A stretch of DNA of 64,000 nucleotides from Vitrella brassicaformis CCMP3155 (lineage: Eukaryota > Protista > Chromerida): assembly GCA_001179505.1 (NCBI GenBank), contig CDMY01000270.1, positions 77,069 through 141,068 on the forward strand. The letters are read 5' to 3'. Positions 49,701-61,460 of this stretch are shown piece by piece. Position numbers and translations under genes: made by a program. Within the stretch, counting starts at the first letter, position 1. Every line of letters starts with the position of its first letter. A model generated the notes under the pieces. The model was not told where the DNA came from. It was given only the letters and a program-made list of their open reading frames with translations, and did not search any database.

Positions 49701-50700
49701 CGCACAACAGCCGCTCTCGTTTTCGTGCAGCGCTGAGCCCGACAACGATGAAGCAGCGGACGTCTTCCCCTCCCTCCCCCTCTTCACAAAACCTGCAGGC
49801 CGCCACACCGAGTGGACACAAGCGCGCTCTCTCCCCCGGTGGCCGAAGCAGCATGATTCCTGATAGCCTCTTTGAGGGCTACAGCGCTTTGTGCCTCCTA
49901 GTGGATGACAACTATGTCTGCACGTGATATCAGAGGACAGTTGGTTGGTTGGGTGGGTGAGCTTTTGTTCTCCTCTGCTTCAGACTTGCGACGGAATACA
50001 TCCTTCAGAGAATGCAGCTGTCTTTCGAGATGGCTGAGAGCGGTGAGAGACACATTTAGCAATCACACCGATGTGTACCCAACTGCTTGTGGCTCTGTAG
50101 GCGAGGATGCTCTCGCCAAAATAAAAGAAGGCAAAAGGTACAGGCTGATCCTCATCGACTATCAGATGCCACACATGGACGGCGTCGAAACAACGAAGGA
50201 AATCACACGGGTCAGTCGATTGAAGTGATCCACCGCCCTCCTCCCTTTGTGTCTCTCTGCGTGCCGTTCAGGAGCTCCGCCGTTCAGGAGCCGACAGCTC
50301 TTCTACGGTCATTGTCGGCCTGACAGGGGCCTCAGAAGAATATGCCGCTGCTTTCCGTGAGGCAGGTGTGCCAAGACATTCAGATGGATGAGTCAGGCAA
50401 GGGACCGTCTGTGCGTGTGCATGTTTGTCCTCACGTTCAGGGGCCAGGGAGTGCCTGCGAAAGCCCATCAAAGCTGCAGTGCTTCAAAAGGTACTGACTG
50501 ACAGCTATATGCTCGTCAAACTTGTCACTGGCTGGCTCACTCACTCTGTCTCTCTCTCTTAACAGCTTGCTGTGAATTACATCCATCCGAGGTGGTGCGA
50601 CGGACAGCCTTGCAGTGAGACCTGTACCGGCGACAGGACCATGGAAGGGCAGCTGCGGGCGGGCACCATGAAAGAGGACAGGACGTCGCGGGGGCATTGA
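46785..50700 (+). CDS. Membrane hybrid sensor histidine kinase (about 6 TM + HisKA + HATPase_c + receiver); multi-exon
   Basis: H-box SFISYILHEIRNPLSG; N-box RLAQVLSNFLSNAKKFS; G1 VEDQGVGI; G2 GGGTGLGLSLSK; receiver LLVDDNY..ILIDYQMPHMDGVE..VGLTG..ECLRKPI. Six hydrophobic segments lie upstream. Confidence 0.93.
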
Positions 50701-51169
50701 CTGATCTGTCGACCGAATCGGGTGGGGGTGACCATCAAGGATCTGCGCGCACAAGGCGAAGGAAATGAACGACGGCCGCCCATCCATTATTGCGGTGTTG
50801 CCGCATTTGCAGCAGGCCGACTTTCACTTACTTTCACTGCCGATCGTCATTCTTTGTGATGCGCGATCGTGCCTTTTTGTGGACTGATATGGCTTCGTGG
50901 GTGCATTTGGTGGTCAAATGCTGTCAATGGCATGTCAAATGCATCAGAATCACGACAAAAACAAAACGCACCAAAGGACGAATTGAACGTCTGTGCCTCC
51001 CGGCACCCTGCGATTTGAAGTCGCAGCAGAGGACCACCTCTGCTCATTGGTGCAAACGACAAGAGGGGACCTTCAAGCTCACATGTGTTTTTTCCGGTTT
51101 CAGAAATGCAGCTTACGCCTGGCGCCGCCATCCAACAGCTAACGATACGGGGTGTGAGGTTGTGGGAGA

Positions 51170-51230
51170 GATCTGCACTTCGGTTCTGGTGCGAGCTCTT
51201 GAAAGAAGCTCGCACCAGAAGCTGCAGATC
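51170..51230. promoter_or_regulatory. Inverted repeat upstream of RPL23A containing two opposed TGCGAGCT
   Basis: TTCTGGTGCGAGCT (51184-51197) and AGCTCGCACCAGAA (51207-51220) form a perfect 14-bp stem with a 9-nt loop. An outer stem is formed by GATCTGCA and TGCAGATC. Confidence 0.6.
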
Positions 51231-51260
51231 ACCCCAGATCTCCGCGCGTTAGTAGCAGCG

Positions 51261-51719
51261 ATGGCTCCGAAGGGTAAGGGAGCGAAGGGCAAGAAGGAAG
51301 CCGTGGCGGCGGCCGAGAAGACTGCGGATGCCGTGAAGAAGGTCCGCCGCAACCGGACGAGCAAAGTGCGCACCAGCGTGCGGTTCTACCGTCCCAAGAC
51401 GCTCGAGAAGCCACGCAAGCCGCTCTACCCTCGGCGGTCGGTGCCGCGGCTGAGCAAAATGGACCACACCAAGATCATCAAGTCCCCCCTGACGACCGAG
51501 AGCGCCATGAAGAAGATTGAGGAGAACAACACCCTGGTGTTCCTCGTCGACCCGCGAGCCAACAAGCGCCAGATCAAGGACGCCGTCAAGAAGATGTACG
51601 ACATCGCCGCCTCGCGCGTCAACACCCTCATCCGGCCGGACGCCGTCAAGAAGGCATACGTGCGACTCACCGACGACTATGACGCTCTTGACGTGGCCAA
51701 CAAGATCGGCATCATATGA
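51261..51719 (+). CDS. RPL23A: 60S ribosomal protein uL23 (L23a), single exon
   Basis: [98 protein letters not shown]. Confidence 0.97.
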   Translation: MAPKGKGAKGKKEAVAAAEKTADAVKKVRRNRTSKVRTSVRFYRPKTLEKPRKPLYPRRSVPRLSKMDHTKIIKSPLTTESAMKKIEENNTLVFLVDPRANKRQIKDAVKKMYDIAASRVNTLIRPDAVKKAYVRLTDDYDALDVANKIGII

Positions 51720-52223
51720 GGTGCCTGCCTGGCTTGCCTGTTGTGGGTGGGCGGGGGAACCTGGTTGGTGTCTGTTGTGTGGAGGATAGAGGTGCTTGAC
51801 GTGGTTGGCTGCGTGTCGTGTGTGTGTGGCGCGTCTGTCGTTTGACGTCAAACAATGGGCTCGGTGCGTGCGGCATGGGAGCGATGTGAGACTGACAGAC
51901 ATGACATGGCTTTTGAGTGCGTGTCGTGACCCCATCCATCAATCACTGCGTACTTTGCTCGTGGCCGCCTCAGTCGCATGGTGGATAGAGCACAGGTCTT
52001 ATCGGCATCTGAACGCATCACTCTACACGCACCAGTTCTGTCACGACAGCCACATGCAAAGCATAACAGAGGAAAGCAATCGAATCGCATGTTCGAGTGA
52101 GGTAGGGGGGAAGAGCAAAGCAGTAGGTGTCACGAAGAGAAAAATATGACGGACAGATCGGATAAGGAAGAGAGCCTCAAGCGATAGAGCAAGACGACAT
52201 GAGCTGACTTGCGGCCCCTCTGT

Positions 52224-55200
52224 CTATCTGCTATCCCCTGATGACAGCGACCTCGGCAGGTGTGGCAGCCCCCCACCGCCATCGCTCCCCCTGCCCACAT
52301 ATCTCTGCACCTCCTGGTCCCGCCCCTCGTCTGTGTGCCAATCGAACGCCCATTCGTCCTGCTGTGACGGCTCGGTCGACGGGCCGGTGAAGACATGCTG
52401 CAGATGATCCAGCTTGGTCCTCAAAACCTCATTCTCCTCAAGGAGCTCTTTCAACTGTCTCTGTCCGAAGTGAATGGCGTGCTCTCGCTTGGACAGCTCG
52501 TCTTGAAGGCGGTCCACCTTAACGAGGCAGGCGCACACCAGCAAAAAAAGAAAGAGAATGGCAAGTGGTGTCCCTTGGCCTGCACGATAGTATCGCCAGC
52601 TCAGTGCACTGACTCACCTCTTCGAGTGACCTCGCCAGCATCTCGGCATCGCTCTTCCCCCCACCGCCCTCCCGATCCCTCCTGCTCTGCCCAGCGCCGG
52701 TGGCATGATCACCACCATCATCCCCTCCAGACCCCTGAATGGGCGGCAAGTGCATGCCGTACTGCAGCTTTCTTCTAGGCGGCCTGAACCGCCCGTCGAC
52801 GTCAAAAGAACGGGAGGCCGGCTGGGGTGGAGGGCGGTCGGGGGGAGACATGGATGACGGCTCCATCGACGAGTGTCGTGACGACACTCGGCTGTCCTCT
52901 GGGCTGGACCGGCGAACGACGCCCACTGCTGGCGGCTGGGACCGCTCTCTCCTCTGTCCCGTTCCCGTCAGCCGGTCGGAGCTGCCTGACGACGACCTGC
53001 TGTACGCCGGCCCTTTCCTGGTCCCACTGGCCCCTTGCTGCCTCCTCCTGTGTGCAAAGGCATACCCATATCCCTGCCGCTTGGACGGCCCATCCCCCTC
53101 TTCAGGGCTCTCTGCTGCTCCAGTCAAATTCAAGTTCTCGGAGCTGTCGGTCGGAAACGCCCCCGGTCCCCCGCCCTTGGCCGACTTGAAGGAGCCGTGC
53201 GAGCCGGCAGAGCCGGGGGGCACGGCGAAGTCGAATGGTGCTTGGGGGCTGTTAGTGGGTGCTGAGAGGATGTTGCGGCCGGTTGGGGGAAGTGGGGGCT
53301 TGATGGTGGTGACGCTGGCGGCGGAGAGGAAAGGCCCGTCGGCAGCACTCACGGGCGAGTCTCGCTGGATCGGCGAGGGGCCGTAGTTGCTCCGATAATA
53401 CTGGTTTTCGTAACGGAGGAATGCTATCTCCCTGCACAGGCACACGCACACACACAGACAACACACATGCTTTAGAGCGGGAAGAGGAATGCCGAGGAAG
53501 AGCTTGTCTGTCTGCGTGTCCGTGTGTGTGTCTGTCTATCTGTGTCACCGTTTGAGCTCAACGATCAGCTGCTGGGTGGGATCTACCCTGAGGACGGGTC
53601 GGTTCCTGATCTTCATGCACCGAAGGGCGTATGTCAGGGTGCTCATAGTCTGACACACACACACACGCACACACGCAGACACAGACACAGAGCCGGTGCC
53701 ACCCACCCCATGCCCTCTTCTTGAATGTACCGTACCTCTTCCACGGCTGAGGCGGCGGGCGAGACACAGGCGATCAGCAGACACAGCGATGAACCGCCAA
53801 AGCTGTCCATCAACAGCTGAACCAGCCAAACAGGTGCACAATGGGTGACTGACGAGGCTGTCTTTGTGGACCCCAACCAGCGCTCCGGTCTCCCCTTACC
53901 TGTGTGAGCTTCGAATTTCTGTATGGCACGTGCAGCCTCCCTTGCCCGCCTTTGCGGCTCCTCTCAGACAAGATCGAGATCACCTGCATCCATACATGCA
54001 TGCAGTCACTTACCATCCGTCCGTCCCCATACCGCTTTCTCCCCCGTCGTGGTGCGCACACCCACCTGTCCCAGCGTGAAGAGGCTGCGATTAATGGCCT
54101 GTGTCTCTTTGATGGTCGCCGTGCCATCGAGGCCCTCAGCAGCGGCCGTTGTCCCAATCCCCATCCCCACACGCGTCCCCCTGTTCGTTGTGGTCGCAGC
54201 CGCGTCGGTGCCGAGGCCCTCTGTGCCTGTTAGCCGCTCACTCCCAGCAAGGTCCACAAACACAATCTTGCCTGCAGACAAACAGACAGACCCAGAAAAG
54301 AAGCATGTTTGTGCACGTCACAGAGTGTCTGTTGGGCAAATGTACCATATCTTTTGGGGGGCACCTCGCTGCCATCGTCATTAGCCCCAGAGTGTGCTGC
54401 CCGCATCTTGCTGGGGGCTGCGTCGGCTTCGACGTACAGAGTCAGCAGGGAGTGGCTGCGGGACGAGTCGGCGTGGTAGGCGTTGGCCGCCACACGCCTA
54501 TTCTTGGCCCCCTCTTGCAATACAGCCAAAACATCAGTCAGCTCGACGCAATCCCACACCGACAATCCCTTGACGTAAAAGCCCTGACAGCCGGGACACA
54601 GATGAGGCAGGCAGGACATGTGCCGTCTTCTTCTCATGCCATACCTTCTGTGCAGTGTATCTGATGGGCAGGCTGCCACTGGTGGGTTTGAGCAGGTCGC
54701 ACACCTTCTCGTTGTATATCTCCTTTATATACAACGAGAAGGAACAATCTAAGTAGACTGAGACACAAACAAATAAGGCCCTCCCTACCAGGAAAGAGGC
54801 CGAGATGCTGTACTCGTACGAATAGCGGGGCGTGCAGGTGCCGGACACGTCTGATGTCACCAGAGTCGACTGGCCCTCCTTGGCGTCCTTTGTCGCCCTG
54901 ATCCATGGATGGCAGAGACCAAGAAGAAGAGCCACAGCGATAGCCAGAAGAGAAGAGACATGAGTAGGAGCCGACCGGCCATACATACCCGTACAGAAAT
55001 ACCGCGGCTCGTGGAATGATGCCCAGGTCAGCCACCGTGGTGTGTCCGCCCTCGAGCAGCCCCTCGACGAGCGCCCCATCGAGCTGCGCCCACTCAGGTG
55101 CCAGTGTGGTGCCTCGCCGTCGCTCACCCGTCTCCTCGGGAGTGGCGCCCTGCAGGAGGACGCCAGGCATGTTGAGACGGGACAAGATGTCCTCCGAACC

Positions 55201-56310
55201 TGATAGAGCCCCGCAAGATATATTCACAAGTGGGGCAGGGCTGCCTGANNNNNNNNNNNNNNNNNNNNNNNNNNNNNNNNNNNNNNNNNNNNNNNNNNNN
55301 NNNNNNNNNNNNNNNNNNNNNNNNNNNNNNNNNNNNNNNNNNNNNNNNNNNNNNNNNNNNNNNNNNNNNNNNNNNNNNNNNNNNNNNNNNNNNNNNNNNN
55401 NNNNNNNNNNNNNNNNNNNNNNNNNNNNNNNNNNNNNNNNNNNNNNNNNNNNNNNNNNNNNNNNNNNNNNNNNNNNNNNNNNNNNNNNNNNNNNNNNNNN
55501 NNNNNNNNNNNNNNNNNNNNNNNNNNNNNNNNNNNNNNNNNNNNNNNNGGGGGGGGCACGGCGTACCGTGGATTGTGTACGTCTTTCCTGCACCAGTTTG
55601 GCCGTAAGCGATCACCGTCGCTGCAGAGAAAGGCACACACGCGCTCCCTTCTTGCCTGTCGTACGTGGGAGGCAAGCACTCTCATAGACCTACCCACCTG
55701 CATAGCCATTCAGGACGGAGTCAATGAGCTGCACCTGCACACCACACAAACGCACACATGGCGATCAGCACAATGAACAAACAAGTGCAGCCACCCTCCC
55801 TTCTCTCTTTCTCACCACGCCGCACTGGCCAAAGACATCCAGCTGGGTGGTCTCGGGCGGGAGCGCCCGGTGGAAGGCAAAGTCCCTGTTCACTTCGGCA
55901 CCGGCGGCACTCCTTCCCTCCACCTGCACCTTCTCCGACCCCTCCAGCACGCGACACCGGACCTCCTCTCCTCTCGCCCTCTCTGTCTCCGACAGCGGCC
56001 TCACGCGCACACACGCGCGAATGGCCACAGATGAGCCGCCGCGAGGTGCGTCTGGCATTGACATGGACGGGGTTGGCGGGTTGTCTCCCTCATAGCCTGA
56101 TCCGGCGTCGCTGGGGCTTGAGCCGCGAGGCAGGGCTATCGATATGGTGGGCTGGGACAGGAACCCGGACGATAGCCCATCGGAAGAAGAAGCACCTGCC
56201 GCTGGCGAAACATTCTCGTGGGCAGCTGCTGCTTTCATCCGCAGGGTCCGCCGGCCGATGGTGTTGGGGCTGCCGGCGACTGGCCCGGGGGCCTTCAGCA
56301 GAGAGGACAT
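52224..56310 (-). CDS. Kinesin motor protein, KIF12/kinesin-16-like; multi-exon, spans a gap; ends approximate
   Basis: Motifs RACVRVRP, IAYGQTGAGKTYT, EIYNEKVCDLL, SSRSHSL, FVDLAGSER, INRSLFTLGQVI, HVPYRNSKLTQLLMDSFGG, CLLIACVSP and TLTYALRCMKIRNRPVLRVDP, then coiled coil REIAFLRYENQYYR. The subfamily call is from recalled similarity only. Confidence 0.9.
55249..55548. other. Scaffold gap (300 N) inside the kinesin gene
   Basis: N run. Confidence 1.
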
Positions 56311-56446
56311 GCCGTTTGATGACCTCTGAGCGGGTCACCAGTTTGGATCGCCGTGAAACCGAACCGCGATCCGTTGCGTGCTAAGCAGAAGCTCTTCCGT
56401 TCCCATCCTTCCCCTCTGCCATCAGATCTCCCGACAGAAGCCGCGG

Positions 56447-56770
56447 ATGGAGAAGAAGACGCACGAGTTCAAGGCGGGCATGGTGTGCGAGGGCTGCTCG
56501 GGCGCCATCACACGGATACTCAAGAAAATAGAGGTCAGCAGGGAAGGAAGACGACACAGAAGGCCTGCTGACACCACAGAGGGAACGCACGTGAAAGATC
56601 TGTGTGTGTGACTTTGTGTGTTGGGGCAGGGCGTCGAGGAGGTGACGTGTGACGTGCCGGCGCAGCAGGTGATAGTCAAGGGCACTGCCGACATGCAGAT
56701 CATGCTCGACAAGCTCAAGAAATGGGGAGAGGCATCTGACAAGATGGTTGAGTACGTCGGAGAAAAGTGA
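56447..56770 (+). CDS. ATX1: ATX1/ATOX1-like copper chaperone (HMA domain); exons 56447-56533 and 56630-56770
   Basis: MEKKTHEFKAGMVCEGCSGAITRILKKIEGVEEVTCDVPAQQVIVKG..MLDKLKKWG, containing the MxCxxC motif. Confidence 0.92.
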
Positions 56771-57448
56771 CAAGCCCGACGCCTTCTTTTTGTGTTTGCG
56801 GAGAGAGAGAGCGAGAGAGAGAGAGAAGACGACAGCCGTTGTTTCTGTGGTGGTTATGTGTGAACGGTTGGATGAGGTTGTAGAGCGCTGACGTGAGTTG
56901 CTGTAGAGTACCCGTCTGTGGAAGCGTCTGCAAGGTGTACCGACGTCACTGCTGTCTTGTGACGGTCAGCGCAGTGCTCCTTCCCTTTTCCTCACTCCCA
57001 CCTGCTGGCTTGTCGCTGGTCGGCCACGAGACCAGCGGCAACCCCGCGGGTGTTGGTGACAGACAGGGGAGGGAGGCCTGCAGCCGACCAACATGTACTG
57101 CTTCATGTTGCTGGCGCTACGTAGAACTGTTTGGATGTGCGGGGGGAGGCCTGAGTGATACATCGGTTGTGCACACTGTCGAACAATTGTCGGGTTTCTA
57201 CCTTCTCAGGGTGGTATTTTAGGTCCACATTCTTGTGATCAGTGTGTGGACGTGAAGTACCTCGCTGGGGAGCACGAAGCCTCACAATTGAGCGATGGTG
57301 TGAAAGAGAGGTTGCAAACTGGCCAGCTGTGTTGTCAGTCAGTGTGTAATGTAATTAGTGCGGGACAGAGTCAGTCACGGGGCTGATAAATGGATTGAAT
57401 TCTGTCCAGAACTGATCCAATCCAGCACGTATGAACACATTCAGTGAG

Positions 57449-58286
57449 TCACCTGCACTCGAAAATGTCGCTCATGAGCCACACGCACTCAATGGGGAAC
57501 ATGCCCCTGTCAGCCCATCCCCCACCCAAAACCGCATTGTCGGGCTTCCTCTCTGTCTCACCAGCCGCTTCTAAATCACCCTCGCCCTCGCCCCCGCCAC
57601 CTCCGCCCTCACTCTCACCGCCGCCACTCGGCACCGGGGCAGATGGCCCGGTGTTGTCACCATTGCATCCCCTGTCGTCCCCCTGGCCATCCATGGCTGC
57701 ATTTGCCAGCCCCATGTCTTGATCATCATCCCCGCCGCCCTCATCCCCATCTCCTTGCCTCCCGCCGTCTGTCTTGCGTCGGGCCGCCTCTCGCTGAGGC
57801 CTCGGGATCCGCTTCGGTCGCGGCTTGCTGACGCCCTCTGTCGCCTCCGACTCCTTCTTTCGGAAGCGCTTTCGCTGGTGTGGCGCGGCGAAGAGCTCCG
57901 TGCCGAGGGAGGTGGACTTGACCACCACAGACGGGCGCCACTGTGCTGGGGACGGGCGGTGGTCTGACGATGATGCACTGGCGGCCTCCTTGTTGTCGGT
58001 GCCGCCGACCTGCTGCATGTAGTGGTGGAAGGCGGCCGTGAAGGATGGATCGAGGGGGTAGTCCACCCACAAAGGCAGCTGAGAGTGCGTCGTGGTCAGG
58101 CCGATGGACGGGCCCAGCCGCCCCAGGCGAGGCTTCACCGTCGGCCCCTGTGACGCCCCAGCGGATTGCTGCTCGTCGGCTTGGTCGAGGTCCAGTGCGA
58201 TATCCCCGTTGAGGGGCCCCTTCTCACACTTGAGCCGCCCAACGAGACGAAAGCTGGGTTTGGCGGGCTTCCGGGCAGGTGGACAG

Positions 58287-58320
<34 letters not shown>

Positions 58321-59324
58321 CCGGTTTGGGGCTGTGAGCGTCATGGTGCTCGTCCTTGGCTCGCTTGGCGACTGCATCCGACTGTGTGTCGACGGCAGCA
58401 GCAGCCGCTGGCCCGCCCTCTGCCTCTGTCGGGTGCTTCCGCTTCATGCCCTGCTGCGTTGCCGTCTCCGGTGGCCCGCCCCCAGTGACGCCATTGGTGT
58501 CGGCAGGCCGCATGTCGACATCACCTTCACTGGCATGTGGCCGATGCTCGTCGCCACCAGCCGCCATGGACGCCGGCAACGAGGGGAGTGACGAGGTCGC
58601 AGCAGCCGCTGCTGCAGACGATGGCGGTGGTGCTGTGGGGGAGGGGGAGGGTAAGGGGGCGTCTTGTGGTGGGGGAGATGATGGTCGTGCGGCGAAGTCG
58701 CGACGGGCCAGCAGCACCTCATATACATCCGCCTCCAAACCTGACCAGCAAACCAACCAAAATATTGATCAGGATAACTGAACCAATGAGCTCGTTTCCC
58801 GCCTCTTCTGGTTGTCCCCTGCTACCTTTGTCTCTGTCGTGTATCTGCAGGCTGATGGCGACCTTCATGTCGTACCATGCCCTCAGCCGCAGCACCACCC
58901 CCGACGGCCACCTGGCACTCACTCTAGCGTTGTCCACCGAGACGGCCCACCACCCGCGCCAACACGCAGACCCGTCGTCCAGCTTGTGCACACGCACTGG
59001 CCCGTCCTGCTCCTGCAGCGGAGGCCGATTGAGCAGACCATTGCTGGCCTGCGAGGCGTCCAAAACCTCGATATCCGTCACCCAGCTGGCGCGCAAGAGG
59101 GTCACCTGATTAAGGATGTGGTGTTGCGCATGACATAGGGAAACGGTGAGCGTGTGGGTTGCTACTTGGTCGTTGTGTGAGGGGTTGAGTGGAGGTATGT
59201 TGAGGGGGCCGCCGGGCGGCACGCGCAAGAGGAACAGGCGCACCCATCGCTCAAACGGGCCGACGCGGAGGTGCAGCTTTGCAGCAACGGCTTCCAACAC
59301 CTGATAGGCATGCAAGTCAGAGAC

Positions 59325-59357
<33 letters not shown>

Positions 59358-61273
59358 GAGGCAGAGTCTGTGCGTGTGTCCGTGTTTGTGTACAGTGTCG
59401 ATCGGCGAGTGGATGACGAGGTCCGCTTCGTCGTGAAGCGACGTCCGCTGGATGTTCACTATCGCCAGCTGATTGATAGGATGCGACGCAGACACAGCAC
59501 ACGGCAATCCACCTGTCAGCGCTGTGGCAGGAAGGCAGGTACAGTACCTTGGCGTTTCGCTTCTTGGGTTTGCGATTCTTGGCGTTCATCGGCCACTGTC
59601 CGGCGGGGTCCATGCGAAGGCTGGTGCCCAGACAGAGATTCAGCTCAGCATCACGCGACATCTGACCACCACACACCAACCACAGCCTCCCCGCCCGCCA
59701 CTGCTGGCTACTTCTGCCCCACGCAGGATGGTACCTTTTCGCTTTTGCTTTGGTATCGTGCCTCGAGGTTGTCCTCCCAATCCAGCAACACGTCGACACA
59801 CTCACCTGATACACAGATGGATGGACACACACAGAGATGCAGCTGGCAAGCGTGCAGACATCATGGATGACCTTGGGGTGGGTAGCTGCAGATGTGGCAC
59901 TTGTGGCCCGTCGGCGTGAAACTCAGCGTCTGGATAGACAGGACAGGCGAGCACACGGGCCAGTCATTGCCGCCTGTATGACGTTGGTGCCATCTTCTGT
60001 GTGCTGACCGTCATTTGGTAGTCGCGCAGGAACCGTCGGCCGCAGTCTTCGCATCGCTCCATGCACACTGACATGTAAACACAGCGGCTAATGAGACCAA
60101 GAGAGGACGTGTGGAGTTGTGTGTGCCTATGGATGATACCATTGCCATGCACCTCCGCCATGACGTCGATGGGAAGGCCTGCATGACACACGACAGGCGG
60201 ACCAACGGATGCCCACAATGGTCTCACCGACCCCACCTGTCCTGAAAACGACAAGAGAAATAAAGGAAAGATCCATTCACTGAACTGATGCCGGCCATTC
60301 AGATCCATTCATGTGCAATGCAATGCAGCCCACCTTGCGTGCAGTGAGTCGACATTCTGGGTGATCAGATAACGCAGGCGGCCTGAACGCACCGACAGAC
60401 AGACAGACAGACAGACAGACAACAAAGCAGCAAACACAGACAGACACATGCAAGTTTGTGTTGCCATGCCAGCTCCCGCCCTCCCAGCCACCATCCCACC
60501 TGCCCTCCACAGATCGCATATGAACTGGTGTCCATACGATGGGATGGCTTTCTCGAAGTCGACAGCGTCGCGCTCTTCGTCACCAAAACGGACCTTGTGA
60601 GTCTCTGCACACCCACACAAACCAGAAGCAGCAACTCACATGACGTTCGAGCAGGGGGCAAGGAGCATCGTGGGCTCACCGGCGCCGAGCTCCACGCCCT
60701 TCTTCTGAAGCGTCCAGCTGCATCGCACAAACGTGACGCAACACACGACAAGAGAGATGGGGAGTAGCCTCTCTTGGATTTGCCGTGCAGGGTGTCATCC
60801 ATCGTACACGCCAGAAGGGCCACGAAAGTCAGCTATGCCGCAAGTGGTCGATATCCCAGCACCTGACACAGCAGATGCACAAACATAACACATCAGCCAT
60901 AGAGCCCATACGCGTACCCTACCCTACCCGTGTGCACGACGACGGACTCGGCCCTGCGTATCAGGTCCGCCAGCCGGCCCACCTTGCTCTCAACTGATTG
61001 GTCCACGCACACAGGATGAAGCAAACGGAAGAGAAGACCTAGAATGCGTTGGTTGCTTCGTGACTGTGTTTCGCTGCCCGCTCACACGTCTGCGGGGTCT
61101 CGCTGAACTCCTTGCAGCCGACGGGACCCTTGAAGTCTGCCGAAGTCACACAAATGCAACCACAGACAGTCAAAGAATTGAAGACCGCAGAGCAGGTGAA
61201 GGTGGCGTTTGTGTGTTGTGTGTCATCTGTGCGTACCGCATTGCTTCAGACGAGCGGCGTAGCTCTCCGCCAT
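57449..61273 (-). CDS. Class IV sirtuin (SIRT6/SRT1-like) with long C-terminal extension; multi-exon; 3' end approximate
   Basis: Spliced MAESYAARLKQCDFKGPVGCKEFSETPQTFESKVGRLADLIRRAESVVVHTGAGISTTCGIADFRGPSGVWTLQKKG..LITQNVDSLHARTGLP..EVHGNVCMERCEDC..CHIC..VLLDWED..LCLGTSLRMDPA..IVNIQRT. Confidence 0.92.
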
Positions 61274-61300
61274 GGCGACAAGAGATCTGCCCGATCTTTG

Positions 61301-61308
61301 AGCTCGCA
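61301..61308 (-). promoter_or_regulatory. TGCGAGCT (sirtuin/hypothetical gene interval)
   Basis: AGCTCGCA on the + strand, 28 nt upstream of the sirtuin ATG. Confidence 0.5.
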
Positions 61309-61460
61309 AATCCCCTCCTTCTCTTGCTGCCTCTCTTCTGCCTCGTCCGGTGTGCAGGACATGAGCATGGGTGGCTAGGCCTCGCAAGCCTTTCAAACCA
61401 ACGACGGCCTGCGGGTGAGAGCCACGTTTAGGCAGCCAAGTGTGTGTTTCAATCATCAGC

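Noticed and set aside
28563-56310. Possible ciliary gene cluster (MAK-like kinase, KIF12-like kinesin, NudC)
   Set aside because: The genes are separated by unrelated housekeeping genes, and the co-location is compatible with chance in a flagellated organism.
60720-60815. Apparent frameshift or stop in the sirtuin GPSGV-W motif (reads GVYDG* in genomic frame)
   Set aside because: An intron (GT|gtacga...tgcag|C TGG ACG) restores GPSGVWTLQKKG, so the gene is not a pseudogene.
60990-61090. Apparent phase mismatch between sirtuin exons 2 and 3
   Set aside because: Using the donor ACG T|gtgagc gives TFESKVGRL in frame.
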